Shown here one piece after another: positions 14,701-26,400 of a stretch of 64,000 nt of DNA. This DNA comes from Bugula neritina. Taxonomy: Eukaryota; Animalia; Bryozoa. The position numbers and the translations under genes are program-made. The notes under the pieces are model-generated. The model was not told the origin of the DNA. It saw only the letters and a list, made by a program, of their open reading frames with translations, and made no database searches. Position 1 is the stretch's first letter, and the number at the start of each line of letters is the position of its first letter. The stretch covers positions 14,369,801 through 14,433,800 of the forward strand of contig OZ037767.1 in the NCBI GenBank assembly GCA_964035545.1, in the 5' to 3' direction.

Positions 14701-15213
14701 AGGCTCAAAGGTTTTCTGTCTTTGTAAACTTTAAAACTTTCTACATCATTAGAGAAATTGAGGTTTGTCAAATATTAACAACCATTATGTTTTGCACAAT
14801 GTATAAAGTATACCCCGTGATACAGTAAAACAAACTACGCCCAATAAAGTATCATTTAACTCCAAATAATGCATAATATGTTTCCTGTATTAAAATCTTA
14901 AATCTGCTCTTTATTGTCATGTGACCAAGCTTTTTATAATTTTTTTTTAAAATAAATTTTGGTCATTTTTTGTTATTACTTATTAGCTTATTCAATTATT
15001 TTTTATGCATCTATTATAATTATTTCAAACATAAATATTTATTTGTTTGTATAAATATTTACAGACACATTGTCCAGATATTGATGTGGAGAGTTTGAGA
15101 CCAGAAGCTGTACAGTTTCTGGATACTGTATTGTTTACCAATGCATACCTGCTTTATTCTCCATCTCAGGTATATATATTATATAACATGTGTATAGAGT
15201 TATTCTCCATCTC

Positions 15214-15271
<58 letters not shown>

Positions 15272-17306
15272 CATAACATGTGTGTGGAGTTATTTCCCCT
15301 TCTCAGGTATATACATATACGTCTAGAAATACAGTATGTAACATGTGTAGAGTTATTCTCCCTTTTTATGTTTACATAGTATATCTAGAATAGTGCATTA
15401 TGTGTACAGGGGTTGGCAATAAAAAAGATGCAAGGAATATAATTTTAATGTTTGGAGTTATCTTTCTATAGACGCTGTGTTATCAATTGTATTGGCTAAA
15501 ATATATGGGTTACCTTGCCATTTATTAGTAAAATAATGTTGAATAGGTGTGCTCATGTAAAGTATATTTATCTATAAAAAAGCGCAAAAAGTGATGCCCG
15601 CTTGTTTATTTACCTGGGCTAACATTCTGTCAACAAAACTAATATTTTTAAACTAAATGTTATTGTCTTCGATTTTTTAGATAGCTTTGGCTGCTGTGTG
15701 TAACAGTGCGGGCTCAAAACAAATCAACCTCAATTAGTAAGTTGAAACTTGGTTATGTTCTTAGGCTTAACATGAGTTTTTACAGTTGATAATATCTAGT
15801 TCGATTTGATGTTATAAAGAAATTAAATTTAGCTTCAGTTGTTAATCATTACAGCACTTTATAAATTAATTTTTATAAAGCATTTATTCTTCTATCTTTG
15901 CAAAATTTTCAATTTTGTGTTATGCTTTATGACTAATTTAAATGAACATTATGTTAAAATAATATGTTATTCGCTATTGATTGAGTCGTACTGACTGTTA
16001 GTTTAGTCATACTGACTGTTAGTTTAGTCATACTGCCTGTTAGTTTAGTCATACTATGATGACTCATTTGCTACTCTGACTAAATAGCCTTAGTATCTAT
16101 TACATAGCTTTCTCTCTGAACACTTGATGAGGGGGTGTGACAAGACTGCCATAGATTTCACTATCAAGTGCACTCAAGGTATTTTTTTCATAATTTAATT
16201 ATTCTTATAGCAAATGGCTGTTTTTATATACTGTTGCATTTTATTGTAGTGTTTAACTTGTTGTTCAGTTGCCATAACGACGTGGTGTATCTTTATAGAA
16301 GATAGTCCTGCAGTAAATATCTCAATGGAGTGTAATTGTTTGAAACTAACCTTCTTTTCATGCTCAAACACTAGAATCTATGTTAGGTTAATGCTTGATG
16401 TCTCAGTTCTGCTGGTTTCTGTTTAGACATCATTCGAATGGTTTCAATGACCTCTAAACCTAGTAGAGACGTGGTTAAACAGATTGAGAGTAAACTAGAA
16501 AAGTGCCGGAATCAGGAGTTCAACCCAAACAATGAAGCGTATGTACTTTAAACTACATTCTTAGACTACTAGTTCATGGTGGCTTCCTACCTTGTACCTA
16601 TATTTTCTTATCAACATTTTTCATGTGAAAGGTTGTGTGTTTATGAAACATACACCAAGTAAGCAATAAAAATGATTGCAATTTATTTTATTCTAGTTTT
16701 TCCTAAGCTATTGCCTGATATTCAAGAATTTGTTACAGTCTATGACCTTGTCACAACCTTCATGAGCTTTCTTGTGCCCTTCTGCAGATTTCAGTAACCT
16801 TTTTTCTCTAGATTCTATTTTTCATTTCTGCATGTAGATTCCCTTCTGTAGATTCTACTTTTCTTTCTGTAGATTCTACTTTCCTTTTTGTAGATTCCAC
16901 TTTCCTTTCTGTAGATTCTACTTTCCTTTCTGTAGATTCCAGAGGAAGATGAGAGATCTGGAAGAAGATGATGACATGCAGCAGTTGCAGCTCTACCAGC
17001 AGAACTCTGATGTGAGTCTATGCACATCTCCATATCCTTCTGCACACATCTGCATATTCTTCTGCAAACATCTGCATATCCTTCTGCAAACATCTGCATA
17101 TCCTTCTGCACACATCTCCATATCTTTCTGCATACACGTCTGCATATCCTTCGACACACATCTACATATCGTTCTACACACGTCTGCATATCTCCTTGAT
17201 ATAATTAGTCACATCTAATACTCTCCAGTGGTGATAGTCTCATTTCTGGTTATGGCTTTAGGAACAGCTTCAAATGGAAGAAGATATAATAACCACTAAT
17301 GGATGA
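2733..17306 (+). CDS. CCNH: Cyclin H, 10 coding exons, 326 aa: 2733-2849, 7125-7247, 7996-8069, 14297-14498, 15065-15169, 15681-15736, 16108-16178, 16427-16538, 16936-17011, 17262-17306
   Basis: Spliced product [93 protein letters not shown] matches cyclin H motifs. All introns GT-AG with consistent phases (981 nt total). Confidence 0.93.
3303..3825 (+). mobile_element. 5'-truncated, frameshifted non-LTR retrotransposon (LINE) 3' end in CCNH intron 1
   Basis: Translates to [40 protein letters not shown], resembling the LEKVQRRAARFV..SFFPRTIRDWN C-terminus of CR1/L2-group ORF2. Followed by a short 3' UTR ending in CAAGT repeats. Confidence 0.75.
4358..4563 (-). mobile_element. tRNA-derived SINE, family A
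   Basis: Minus strand starts GGAGTAGCCGTGATCTAGGGGTTAAAGCG (A-box-like), then a degenerate B box and GGCCATTAGTGATGTTAGGAAG. Alignable over its length with copies at 23186 and 56901. Confidence 0.75.
4813..4928. repeat. Compound GA/GGGA/GAGGGA purine microsatellite
   Basis: Directly visible; generates the spurious SPSPSP/SLSLSL ORFs. Confidence 0.95.
8450..8541 (+). mobile_element. Partial SINE family A copy
   Basis: GGTTTGAATCCCAGTAAAGGCCATTAGTGATGTTAGGAAGGGCATTCAG, the same head/body as other copies; 3' part missing. Confidence 0.7.
14122..14306 (+). repeat. 33-bp minisatellite (5.5 copies) spanning the CCNH exon 4 acceptor
   Basis: Unit TATTACACAG|AATTACCTGCTGATATATCCATG starting at 14122, 14155, 14188, 14221, 14254 and 14287; the last copy is the real acceptor. 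Confidence 0.95.
15154..15362 (+). repeat. Degenerate repeat duplicating the CCNH exon 5 donor, with an internal (TA)n tract
   Basis: TTATTCTCCATCTCAG|GTATA at about 15154 and 15200, a variant at about 15290 and a partial copy at about 15353. Confidence 0.85.
16800..16940 (+). repeat. 21-bp minisatellite spanning the CCNH exon 9 acceptor
   Basis: Unit CTTTCCTTTCTGTAG|ATTCTA with AG ending at 16851, 16872, 16893, 16914 and 16935. Confidence 0.9.
17020..17192. repeat. 22-bp minisatellite in CCNH intron 9
   Basis: Unit approximately CACATCTGCATATCCTTCTGCA, about 8 copies. Confidence 0.9.
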
Positions 17307-18013
17307 TGCCATCACTCTTTGAACACTAGTTTCTATGATGTCACCACTCTTTGGACACTAGTTTATATGATGTCATTGCTCTATTACAGCTACTACTTTG
17401 CTACTGTCTATTATATCATCAAAGGTCTCTGACAATGCTCTCTATATGTGGCTGTCTATTTTCTTGAGTACAGAGAGATCTACTGCGGTTATCCGAGTTT
17501 GTCTAGTATGTCATTGATGGTGACTCACCTTTTATAACGGAGACATCAACAGCCATCTTTTTGCACTTATTTCTCCAGATCACTTTTATACAGTAGCTGA
17601 GGTGAAATCTCTTTTCAAAATGTAATTTGGTTTGTTTCTGTCATGGATTAGCAATTTAACTTTTAAAAGAAAGTTAGAAACAATTAAGCAATGGAGTTAA
17701 AGAGAATATTATGGTGTATATAATTTTATAACTTTGTGTATTGTAGAGTCTAATTTTCTGACAAATGAAAAGCTTAGTTTGAATATTGATAACAGCATAA
17801 TGTTGAAAAATAAAGCAAAAATACAAATCACCTAAATTGTTTTTGATTTTCATGTAAACACCATAACATTAGCACCAGTTTACTGTAAATAGTTTTATTC
17901 TTCTGTGATTGTCCTCCAAATGGCTGAGTCTAGAAGACCACTTTCTTGAGATTTGGCACAAAGTGGGAGGGTCTAACGTTGTAATACTTTTACTTAGCAT
18001 ATTCCACTGTTAC

Positions 18014-19069
18014 CTAATCTTTTAGCTGTAGAGTAGCTCTAGTATTGCTGAGATGTGGGGAGAGCTCTATAACATTACATAGCCTACCAATCTCTGAATC
18101 CATATAGTGTTCTCTTAGGCTAAGCCGGTTATGATCTGACCTCATAGGCTCCCCATTATAGACAACTTCTATTTTCATATTCTGATATCCTTTTGTTTCT
18201 AATTTCTCTTTGATGGTTTCAATCTCACTACTGGTAGGCGTTGAGTTCACAAATATGACAACTTTTTTGTCATCCGTGTTATTTTTTTCGTGAGTTGTTT
18301 TGTCAAGGTCAAGCAGTACGTCTGCTAAGACATTTGCCTCGTTTTTAATTTGTAAGTAAACTTTAGCAGTATAATTTCCTTCTGGAGATTTGATCTCCAC
18401 AATCCATGTTTTGATGATGTTTTCGTATATATGCCAAAATGCATTCATTATGAAGTTGACATCTAAAAAACACAACACCTGTATAAAGCACAATACCTTT
18501 AAGTTGAATTAAAATAAATATTTATTTATATATTTTTCTGAATTAATGATTTTCTTAGTTCTATAAAGTTGTAACTCTTTTCTATCTAAATTGTCAAGCT
18601 TCATTTCACTTCAGACTGTTTTAATATATATTATGTTAAAATTAAGTATAGCATATATTATAGCTGGTTCTGCTTTTCAACGTCTCACAACCTTTGACAA
18701 ACAGTCACCAAATATCAAATTTTGATAAGTTTGATTTATTGAGGCTATAGTCGAACAAAAGAGACAATCTAGAAACTATGAGATTAACTGGCAGTAGTAG
18801 TTCTTAACAGCATTTCCTGGCTGTTTTCTTGATGCCCTTTCACCCTCCCTAAAAGGGTGAAAGTTCCACAGTCTGGACGCATTTTTCGGTAACTTTTCGT
18901 ACATTCATTTTTGGTTTTATGTGAGATCATAGAAAGTAGCCATAATAATATTATATATGATAAAATGATAGCTTTATCTACAATATGGAAAAACCTGATA
19001 TGTATACTTACCTGCTGCTTGTCTAGAAATTTGTACACTGGAGTTGGGAACAGCAGAACTGGCAGCCAT
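18014..19069 (-). CDS. Putative two-exon orphan gene, 168 aa (19069-19012, 18462-18014)
   Basis: ATG in AATATGGCT context, donor CAG|GTAAGT, acceptor TTTTTTAG|AT; the phase-1 junction joins in frame to the long non-repetitive ORF. No family recognised. Confidence 0.55.
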
Positions 19070-20432
19070 ATTGTAAACGCTTTCTTATAGCAGTTGAGAA
19101 GGGTAAGAAATACACCTCATGCTAGTGAAATACAAGTTATTACAGTGGCTTGCTTCTTTGGGGAATAGCCTTTGTAATTACTTAATTAGTACTGTAGCAC
19201 ACATTGCAGGCTCAAAAAGCTATTTACTATGCATAGCTTGTTATATAATCAATAATTGAACTGTGTGTTTATTCATTAGGCCAGCAATCCAGCTTTATGT
19301 ATTTATACAATGCATATACACGCTAGTTGCTTTTGTATTATTATATAGCTCCTTTCAATAAAAAAATGCTGTTAGCTTAGCATAGCATTGTATACATGTA
19401 ATCCTACACTTTGTATTATATATCGAATAGATTGTATACGTGTAGTTAGGACACTATATATACTATACTAGACTATATATTTTGTATATAGTATAGTGTG
19501 CTATACACTATACAGTCTATACTATATACAATATCCAATGAAAATCTTATTAAAATATATATTCAATTTTGTCATTGCCAATATGTTGAATTCTTAATTT
19601 ATTTCATATATTTTTACTACTCGTAGCATTTTTGTGTATTATTATATAACTCCATGCCATTATTTTAAATAATTTATAGCAACATATCATTTAATATAAT
19701 ATTATAACGTGTTTTTTTTGTTACAAAAGATAATAAAAGCTATGGTATTACAACTGCGTAGGCAGTGTTGGCACATCTCTATAAACCCAATAATACAATG
19801 CACACCAGCCAGTCCTGATAACATTTTATCAACAATGGTGTAGTCTTTCTACAACTCATCTGGTGAGTGGATATTTCAGCTAATCCTCCAATTTATGTTT
19901 TTACGACCCTCTCCCTGAGTTTGGGGGAGTAAAGAATTTATAGCCTTAGTTTCAAATACTAAAAGGGATCGATTTAAGCAAACATTACTATACGTTTTTT
20001 TATCAAATTTGAGGTTTATTATACATAAATTACAGATATATAATAGCCTTCAGCCCCAGAGATGCTGAGGAAAACATGGTCTAGAAATCTACAGCTACAC
20101 AGGTATTGTATAAACTAATAAGAAATATTTCTAGCAAGCAACACCGTGGTCAAATTATTTGGTTAATTTATTTGTCACTAGGAGAAAGATTGAACACTAA
20201 AGTATCAACAATATGAATGGGATAGCAAAATTAAGCTGGCAGCATATAAAAAAGATGCATCAGGGTATATCAATATATTTACACAGGACTGTACATTCAG
20301 AGATATATCAAATACATGTACACGTATGGTCAAGGTGAAAGTCCACAGCTAAGGTGACATCACTGTTCCTAGCTATATTGTATACTATATACAGGAGGAG
20401 GCAACTGCTACGAGGTATTCCAGGTGTTGAGT

Positions 20433-23400
20433 TTATTTATCCTCGGGATCACCTCGCTTGTCTCCCCCACGTCCAGGTTTATCTATGATGGGAGAGGCGG
20501 AGAATGACAGCTTCAGAGAGAACGGCATCTTTCCAGCTGAAACAAAATCAGAGGCATGTCACTAACAGGGAACCTCTGCTTACCTAGACAACTAATACAA
20601 CTGTGGCAGGAGTCACTAAGATAGACTAAACCAAGTCATTATACAAACAAGCCTAACATTTCCAACTTGTAGCCACACAGGTACTAGCAGTTACTTGTAG
20701 AGATGCCAGATGACAGGTGCTAGCAGTAGAGACTATGACAGGTGCTAGCAGGTACTTGCAGTGACACTTGACACACTTACTAGGGTTCTTGATGACAGAG
20801 TGGTTAGACTGGACCATCACTTCACTGGCGTCGGCCACAGAGGCGTACTCTATCAGACCAGCTGCACTCCTGGCGCCCGGCTTTATCGGGAAAATGCGTA
20901 TCCTCACCGGGTCAGAGGTCGAGTTCCTTTTCAGCACCTCCTTCAGGTCGTCCTCGGAGAAAGAGGGCGGGGCGTTGAAGAAGTGCACAACCTGAGTGGA
21001 GAATAGAACCATGGCTACAGTTTCATTCACAGACTTCAACATGGAATCATTAAACAAGCAGGTTTGGTTTGAGGTGAGAGGACAGGGAGAGTGATTAAAG
21101 AAACCATCACAACTTCCTTGCATGCAATTTCCTTCAGCTTGACCCTTTTAAAAGTGTAAAACTAGCAAGATACCCCAGGTGTGTACCTCAGTAGGTGTGT
21201 ACCTGAGTGGGAGGTAAAGTGTACCTGAGTGGGAGTTAAAGTGTACCTTAGTGAGAGGTAAAGTGTACCTGAGTGGGAGGTAAAGTGGACCTTAGTGAGA
21301 GGTAAAGTGTACCTTAGTGGGAGGTAAAGTGTACCTGAGTGGGAAGTAAAGTGTACCTGAGTGGGAGGTAAAGTGTACCTTAGTGGGAGGTAAAGTGTAC
21401 CTTAGTGGGAGGAGAGAATCTCGTCTTATTGATGCTGTCGGGACTGAAGAACCTGTTGTTCTTGTCGGTGGTGTACTCCTTAGCCGATGGAGAGCCGTCA
21501 GCCAGTTCGCTGGGGTTCGGGTGGATCTTGACAAAGTCCTGCTTGCTGAAGCCGACACTCAGTTTGCTGTCGAAGAAAAAGCTGTTGTTGAGGTTCATGA
21601 CGGCTCTCTCGCAGGAGGCGTGGTCCTGCATGTTCACCATAGCTCCGCCTTCTTTAGTACGCAGCATCTTGATCTACACACAAGACAAACATAGCATAGT
21701 CTACATCACAACCACACACAGAGAGAGTTTTATATCATGTGAATAAATACAGTTGAAAATGTAATAAAAAGGGGGAAATTCAAGGAGAAAGACAACTCTT
21801 GTCAACTCAGTGATTTTCAACTATTAAACTCACTGAAGTCTTTTTATCAGTAAGCAAAAGCCACCATTTCTATTGAAGGAATTCTAGAAGAGAGAAGACA
21901 ACTACTACAGTATTGAATAGACTAGAAACCTAATTCGGGCCTACACTGACTAGTAGCCCTTTCACACAGAGAAAGATAAATGCTAGTTAAACCACTCATC
22001 AGCTGAGCGGCTAGATGATGTAAACAAACTCACGCTGATGACGTTGCCATAGATACAGAAGATGTTGAAGAGCTTGTCACAGTTGAACTTGGAAGGAGCG
22101 AGACCGTAGACTAGGAGCACAGAGCCGGGCATGGGGCCGTTTCCGGGACCACCCATCATGCCCATTGGACCACCCTGCATACCTCCCATGTTACCACCGC
22201 CTCGTCCTCCACCTCTGCCTCCTGAAACAGCAGACATACAACATGACCGCCAGGTGCCGCAACACACAACTCTATACACAGTGATGGTGTGTGGTAGACA
22301 AGCTATCCTAATTACACACATTCTGATGAACTCACTATGATCCCAGACAGCAATGAGAGGCTCAACAGGAAGTAACTCACCTTGGAAACCTCCTCTATTA
22401 CCAGAAAATCCTCCACGTCCTGACATGCCACCTCTACCACCACCTCGCCCGAAGCCTCCCTGAAATCACAAATAAAATTCAACTTGACAAATGCCTCATG
22501 CCCCGGGAGGTCCCCTGATCCTAGGCTAGGGGCGACAACATGACTTGAGGAGATTCTGAGTAACACAGGAGCTATTACAACTTGATGCCCTTCCTGATAT
22601 CACCAATGGCCCTGAATTCGAATCCACATGCGTTATATTCAAAAATTGATAGTAATACTAGACCAGTAAATGAGTCCATAAGTTTCAAACCAGTAAGGGA
22701 AGTATCAAAACATGTACATATTGACATATATAGTTTCTTTAAAAAATTAGAGTACACATAAAAAAACTACAGTTTATATATATATATTTTCAAATGGGTC
22801 CTTTGAACAAAAACAGACACAGGAGATAAAGGCTCTTTTGACAAGACAAGTGACAACACATTATGCACAGCAAGAACTCACATCATTGAAGCTGTTGTTG
22901 CCACCCATGTTGTTCATCCCCATGTCATTGTTTCTGCCACCAAAACCACCGCCGGGCCCATTGAAGGAATTGTCATTTCCGCCAGAGAAACCTGTAGGAA
23001 ATGATTTAGTTTTGTTGAGTCTCCCATCTCCATGGAAACCAGTACTAAGCTAAGGAGGGGGAGGGCAATTCCCCACCAGATAGACCGAGTGTAAGAGTTA
23101 CGGTGAACTACTAGCTGAATACATACACAGTTGAGGTCTTCACCGGCTAGTGAACAGCAGTGCTACTGTGCAGTATGCTGTAAACCACGCAAGTTTATAG
23201 CAGCTATTCCTGCGAGAACCCCTGATGGAAAGGGCTTTTTAAAGAGGGCTAAGGACTTATTCATATGTGACACAGAATCAATTATGACTAACATTACCAA
23301 TGACCTTTACTGGGGTTCAAACCCATGAGTTTTCTAAGCCGAACGCTCCAACGGCTAACCCCTAAACTACGGTTTCTCCCTGTACAGAAACAATATTTAA

Positions 23401-26400
23401 GAGAGATGGTGGAAACAGTAAGCAAGTGTATACAGGTTGCAAATGTTACCAGACATTGACCAACACTGAATGAACTAAACAAGTGAGTGACATACAGTAC
23501 CTCTTTGGTTGAAGCCCTGATTCTGATCACTAAAAAAGCTGGAGCCTTGAGACTGGTTGCCTCCATCATCCCAACCACTGCTGCCGTTCCCAAAGCCACC
23601 ACCTCGCGGAGGTCCATCACCGAGCAAGGCGCCTCTTCCTCCTGCAACAAAGAGTGAAAATTCGGCTCATCGGTAAACAGGGTGTTTCTGTCACAGAGCT
23701 AACCTTTATGACACATTGACAAGACAGTCATGTGACTTTGGTAGGCAGTTTGGCAAAACTAGTTCAGTTATCAACTAATACGATCTACCTAACACAACAC
23801 ACTGTACATACAGACACACACTGATACATAGTTAAAGGTTTTTAAGGGGTCGGATGAGCCACTCCGATTCTGGTCATCATGTAGACATGACGTCATGTGA
23901 TACCATACCGTGAGAGAGGTAGCAGAGTAAAGCAAGACAGTGCACTAGGTTGGTAGCCAAACATCTAGTGTTAACTAGTACAGCTGCCGCTGCCCTGACA
24001 TCAGCTTAGAGTCTAGACACAGCAGCTGACTCGGCCGGTCAGACAACTCCTCAACAGTGCAGACTCTCCTGTATAGAGTCAAGATAATAAAACCAACTGT
24101 TTTCACACATCAGTATATTTTATCAAGAAAACAGATGATGGATTACACTGCGTTTATTTGAAATTGGCACCTTTCCAAAGATTTCATTTTTCCATGATTT
24201 ACGGCAACAAAGATGGCCACTGGTAGGTTTTATCCCCAATATTTTATAAAAATAAGAGTATAGGAGTATAAGATTCAATCCCACGACGAAAATCTTTGGA
24301 AAGATACCAATACACATCAGAGCCACTAAGTGCATAAAAATATCAAAAATCTTGCCAACAAAAAATAATGTGGCCTTATTTAACCCATGACAAAAAGAAA
24401 TGAAAAAGAATCTGACATTTATTTATCTGTCATAAATTGTCCTTAGACTTTTGTTTTTAAAATACTGATTGTATTAACAACTTGTTTAGGTTATGAACTT
24501 TAATGTAAATTAACAAAAATAAAGTTGCTTATAAAACCAATTTATATAATCAGGATTTGTTCTTGAAGTTTTACATAAATGTTCCACTTTCTCTTGCTGA
24601 TGTTACTGTTCTTATTCAGATGCAGCTTGTGACAGTTACTATATACAGTGTTTCTGCAGCTATGGTGGTGAATTAGCAATTATACTTTATCACTCTTACA
24701 TGCTGCTGCAAATTGTCAATCACTCTTATATGCTGTCAAAGTGAATGATATTGAGTACCAATACATTATGATGAGTCTTGGCTAATGCCAGATTATCCTC
24801 TCCCTTTCTGTCTTCCAGAATCTTCATACAGATGCAGACTGTTTTACTTTGCTGGCATTTTCTGCTTGCTACTCAAATCCCAATTACATTTTTATCAGTA
24901 GGTTTATCTTGCTACATGCTATCTTGCTTGCAAATGTAATGCAAATGCTTAGCCAGGTGAAAGCTTCGGTCTTTGGTTGATAACTGGATGGGGTGGTTTT
25001 ATGAATTCATCATGTATCTTAGAGGGAACCCCTTAAGGATTCTGTCAACTTTCCTATAACTGAGCTCAAACTTGTATATATGCAGATATTGAGATATTAC
25101 AGGATGTTTGTTCATGATCATATTAGAGTAGAGTTTAGATTGTTCTAAAAAGTTCTGCTTGTATGATTAGTATTTTTAATTGTCAGTTGATTATACTTAC
25201 TATTATACAATCTGCACCTTCACCAAGATGTACGTACAATATTAATTATGTAGGTTAAAGGCATGCAAAAATCAACTTAAACTGGTCAAAGCAAAGAGGT
25301 ATGTATACATAGTTGAACTTATATTACCATTTCTCAGTGTGTTTTAAATGTCGGACACAACATATGTGCTGTCAAGTTACTCAATGGCTAAAATGCCAAC
25401 ATATAAATAATTTATAGTACATAATTCATTACAGTTGCCTGTACACATTTCAGCCTATGAAACTGGACACCAAGTTTATATACCTGTAAAATAGCGATTT
25501 TGGTTACACATTCATTATGTTGGTGATAAGGTGATAGCATATGAGAACCGTAAAGGTTGTGATTATGTAGAGTCTGCCAAACCCTGCCACAACCTACAGC
25601 TTTACATCACTAGGTGCAATCTGCATCACATCATAACACTGCATTTTGATGTTGCAACTGATAGGGTTGACATTTGCCACACACACTACAATATTCTGTT
25701 TACCATCTCATATGAGTAAAACCTGTCTGTCATGTTATACTGTGGCAGGTAGAATGGCGGCCCTGATTATTTTGCTCTTAGCTGTATTTTTTTATGATGG
25801 CATTCAAAAACCGCTACTCCTACTGCAGTTAGAGAAGTAAACTACTCTAAACAGACGATACAGTATAACACTCACCCTGCATGCCTGCACCGGGATTAGG
25901 GTTTGTATAGTCAAATGTATCCTTATCATTCTTCATTACATTCAACCTGGTCAGGTCAGGCTACAACACAGGATACAGTGGAGTTATCCACTCGCCAGTT
26001 GTGACTCAGTAACATACTTTCTGGCATTATAGATTTAAATCATAACCTCTCTATAGTAAAAAACTCGCTTATTCTAAATTTATGCCAAATATTCATCTTA
26101 CAGGAAAGACAACCCCGAAGAAGAAAATTGAGGTTTAACTAAATGAAAATGTTGGCTGCCGCTACAAGTGACTTACCCCTGCCGACTCAATCTTGAGGGT
26201 GCAACAGCCGGAGTACACGTCACACCCGTTCAAAGCTTGCTTAGCCTTGCGAGCCGACTCATAATTGTCAAACTCTACCAGAGCCGTGACGTTCTGCTTC
26301 CTCATGATCATGATACGCAGCACGTCACCGTGAGGGGAGGTTATGGTGTGAATAACATCCTGAAAAATGGAATATTCTAGCATTAGGAACCTAAGGATTT

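Noticed and set aside
16815-17218. Cys/Arg-rich ORFs on both strands
   Set aside because: Translations of the 21- and 22-bp minisatellites; only 16936-17011 is a CCNH exon.
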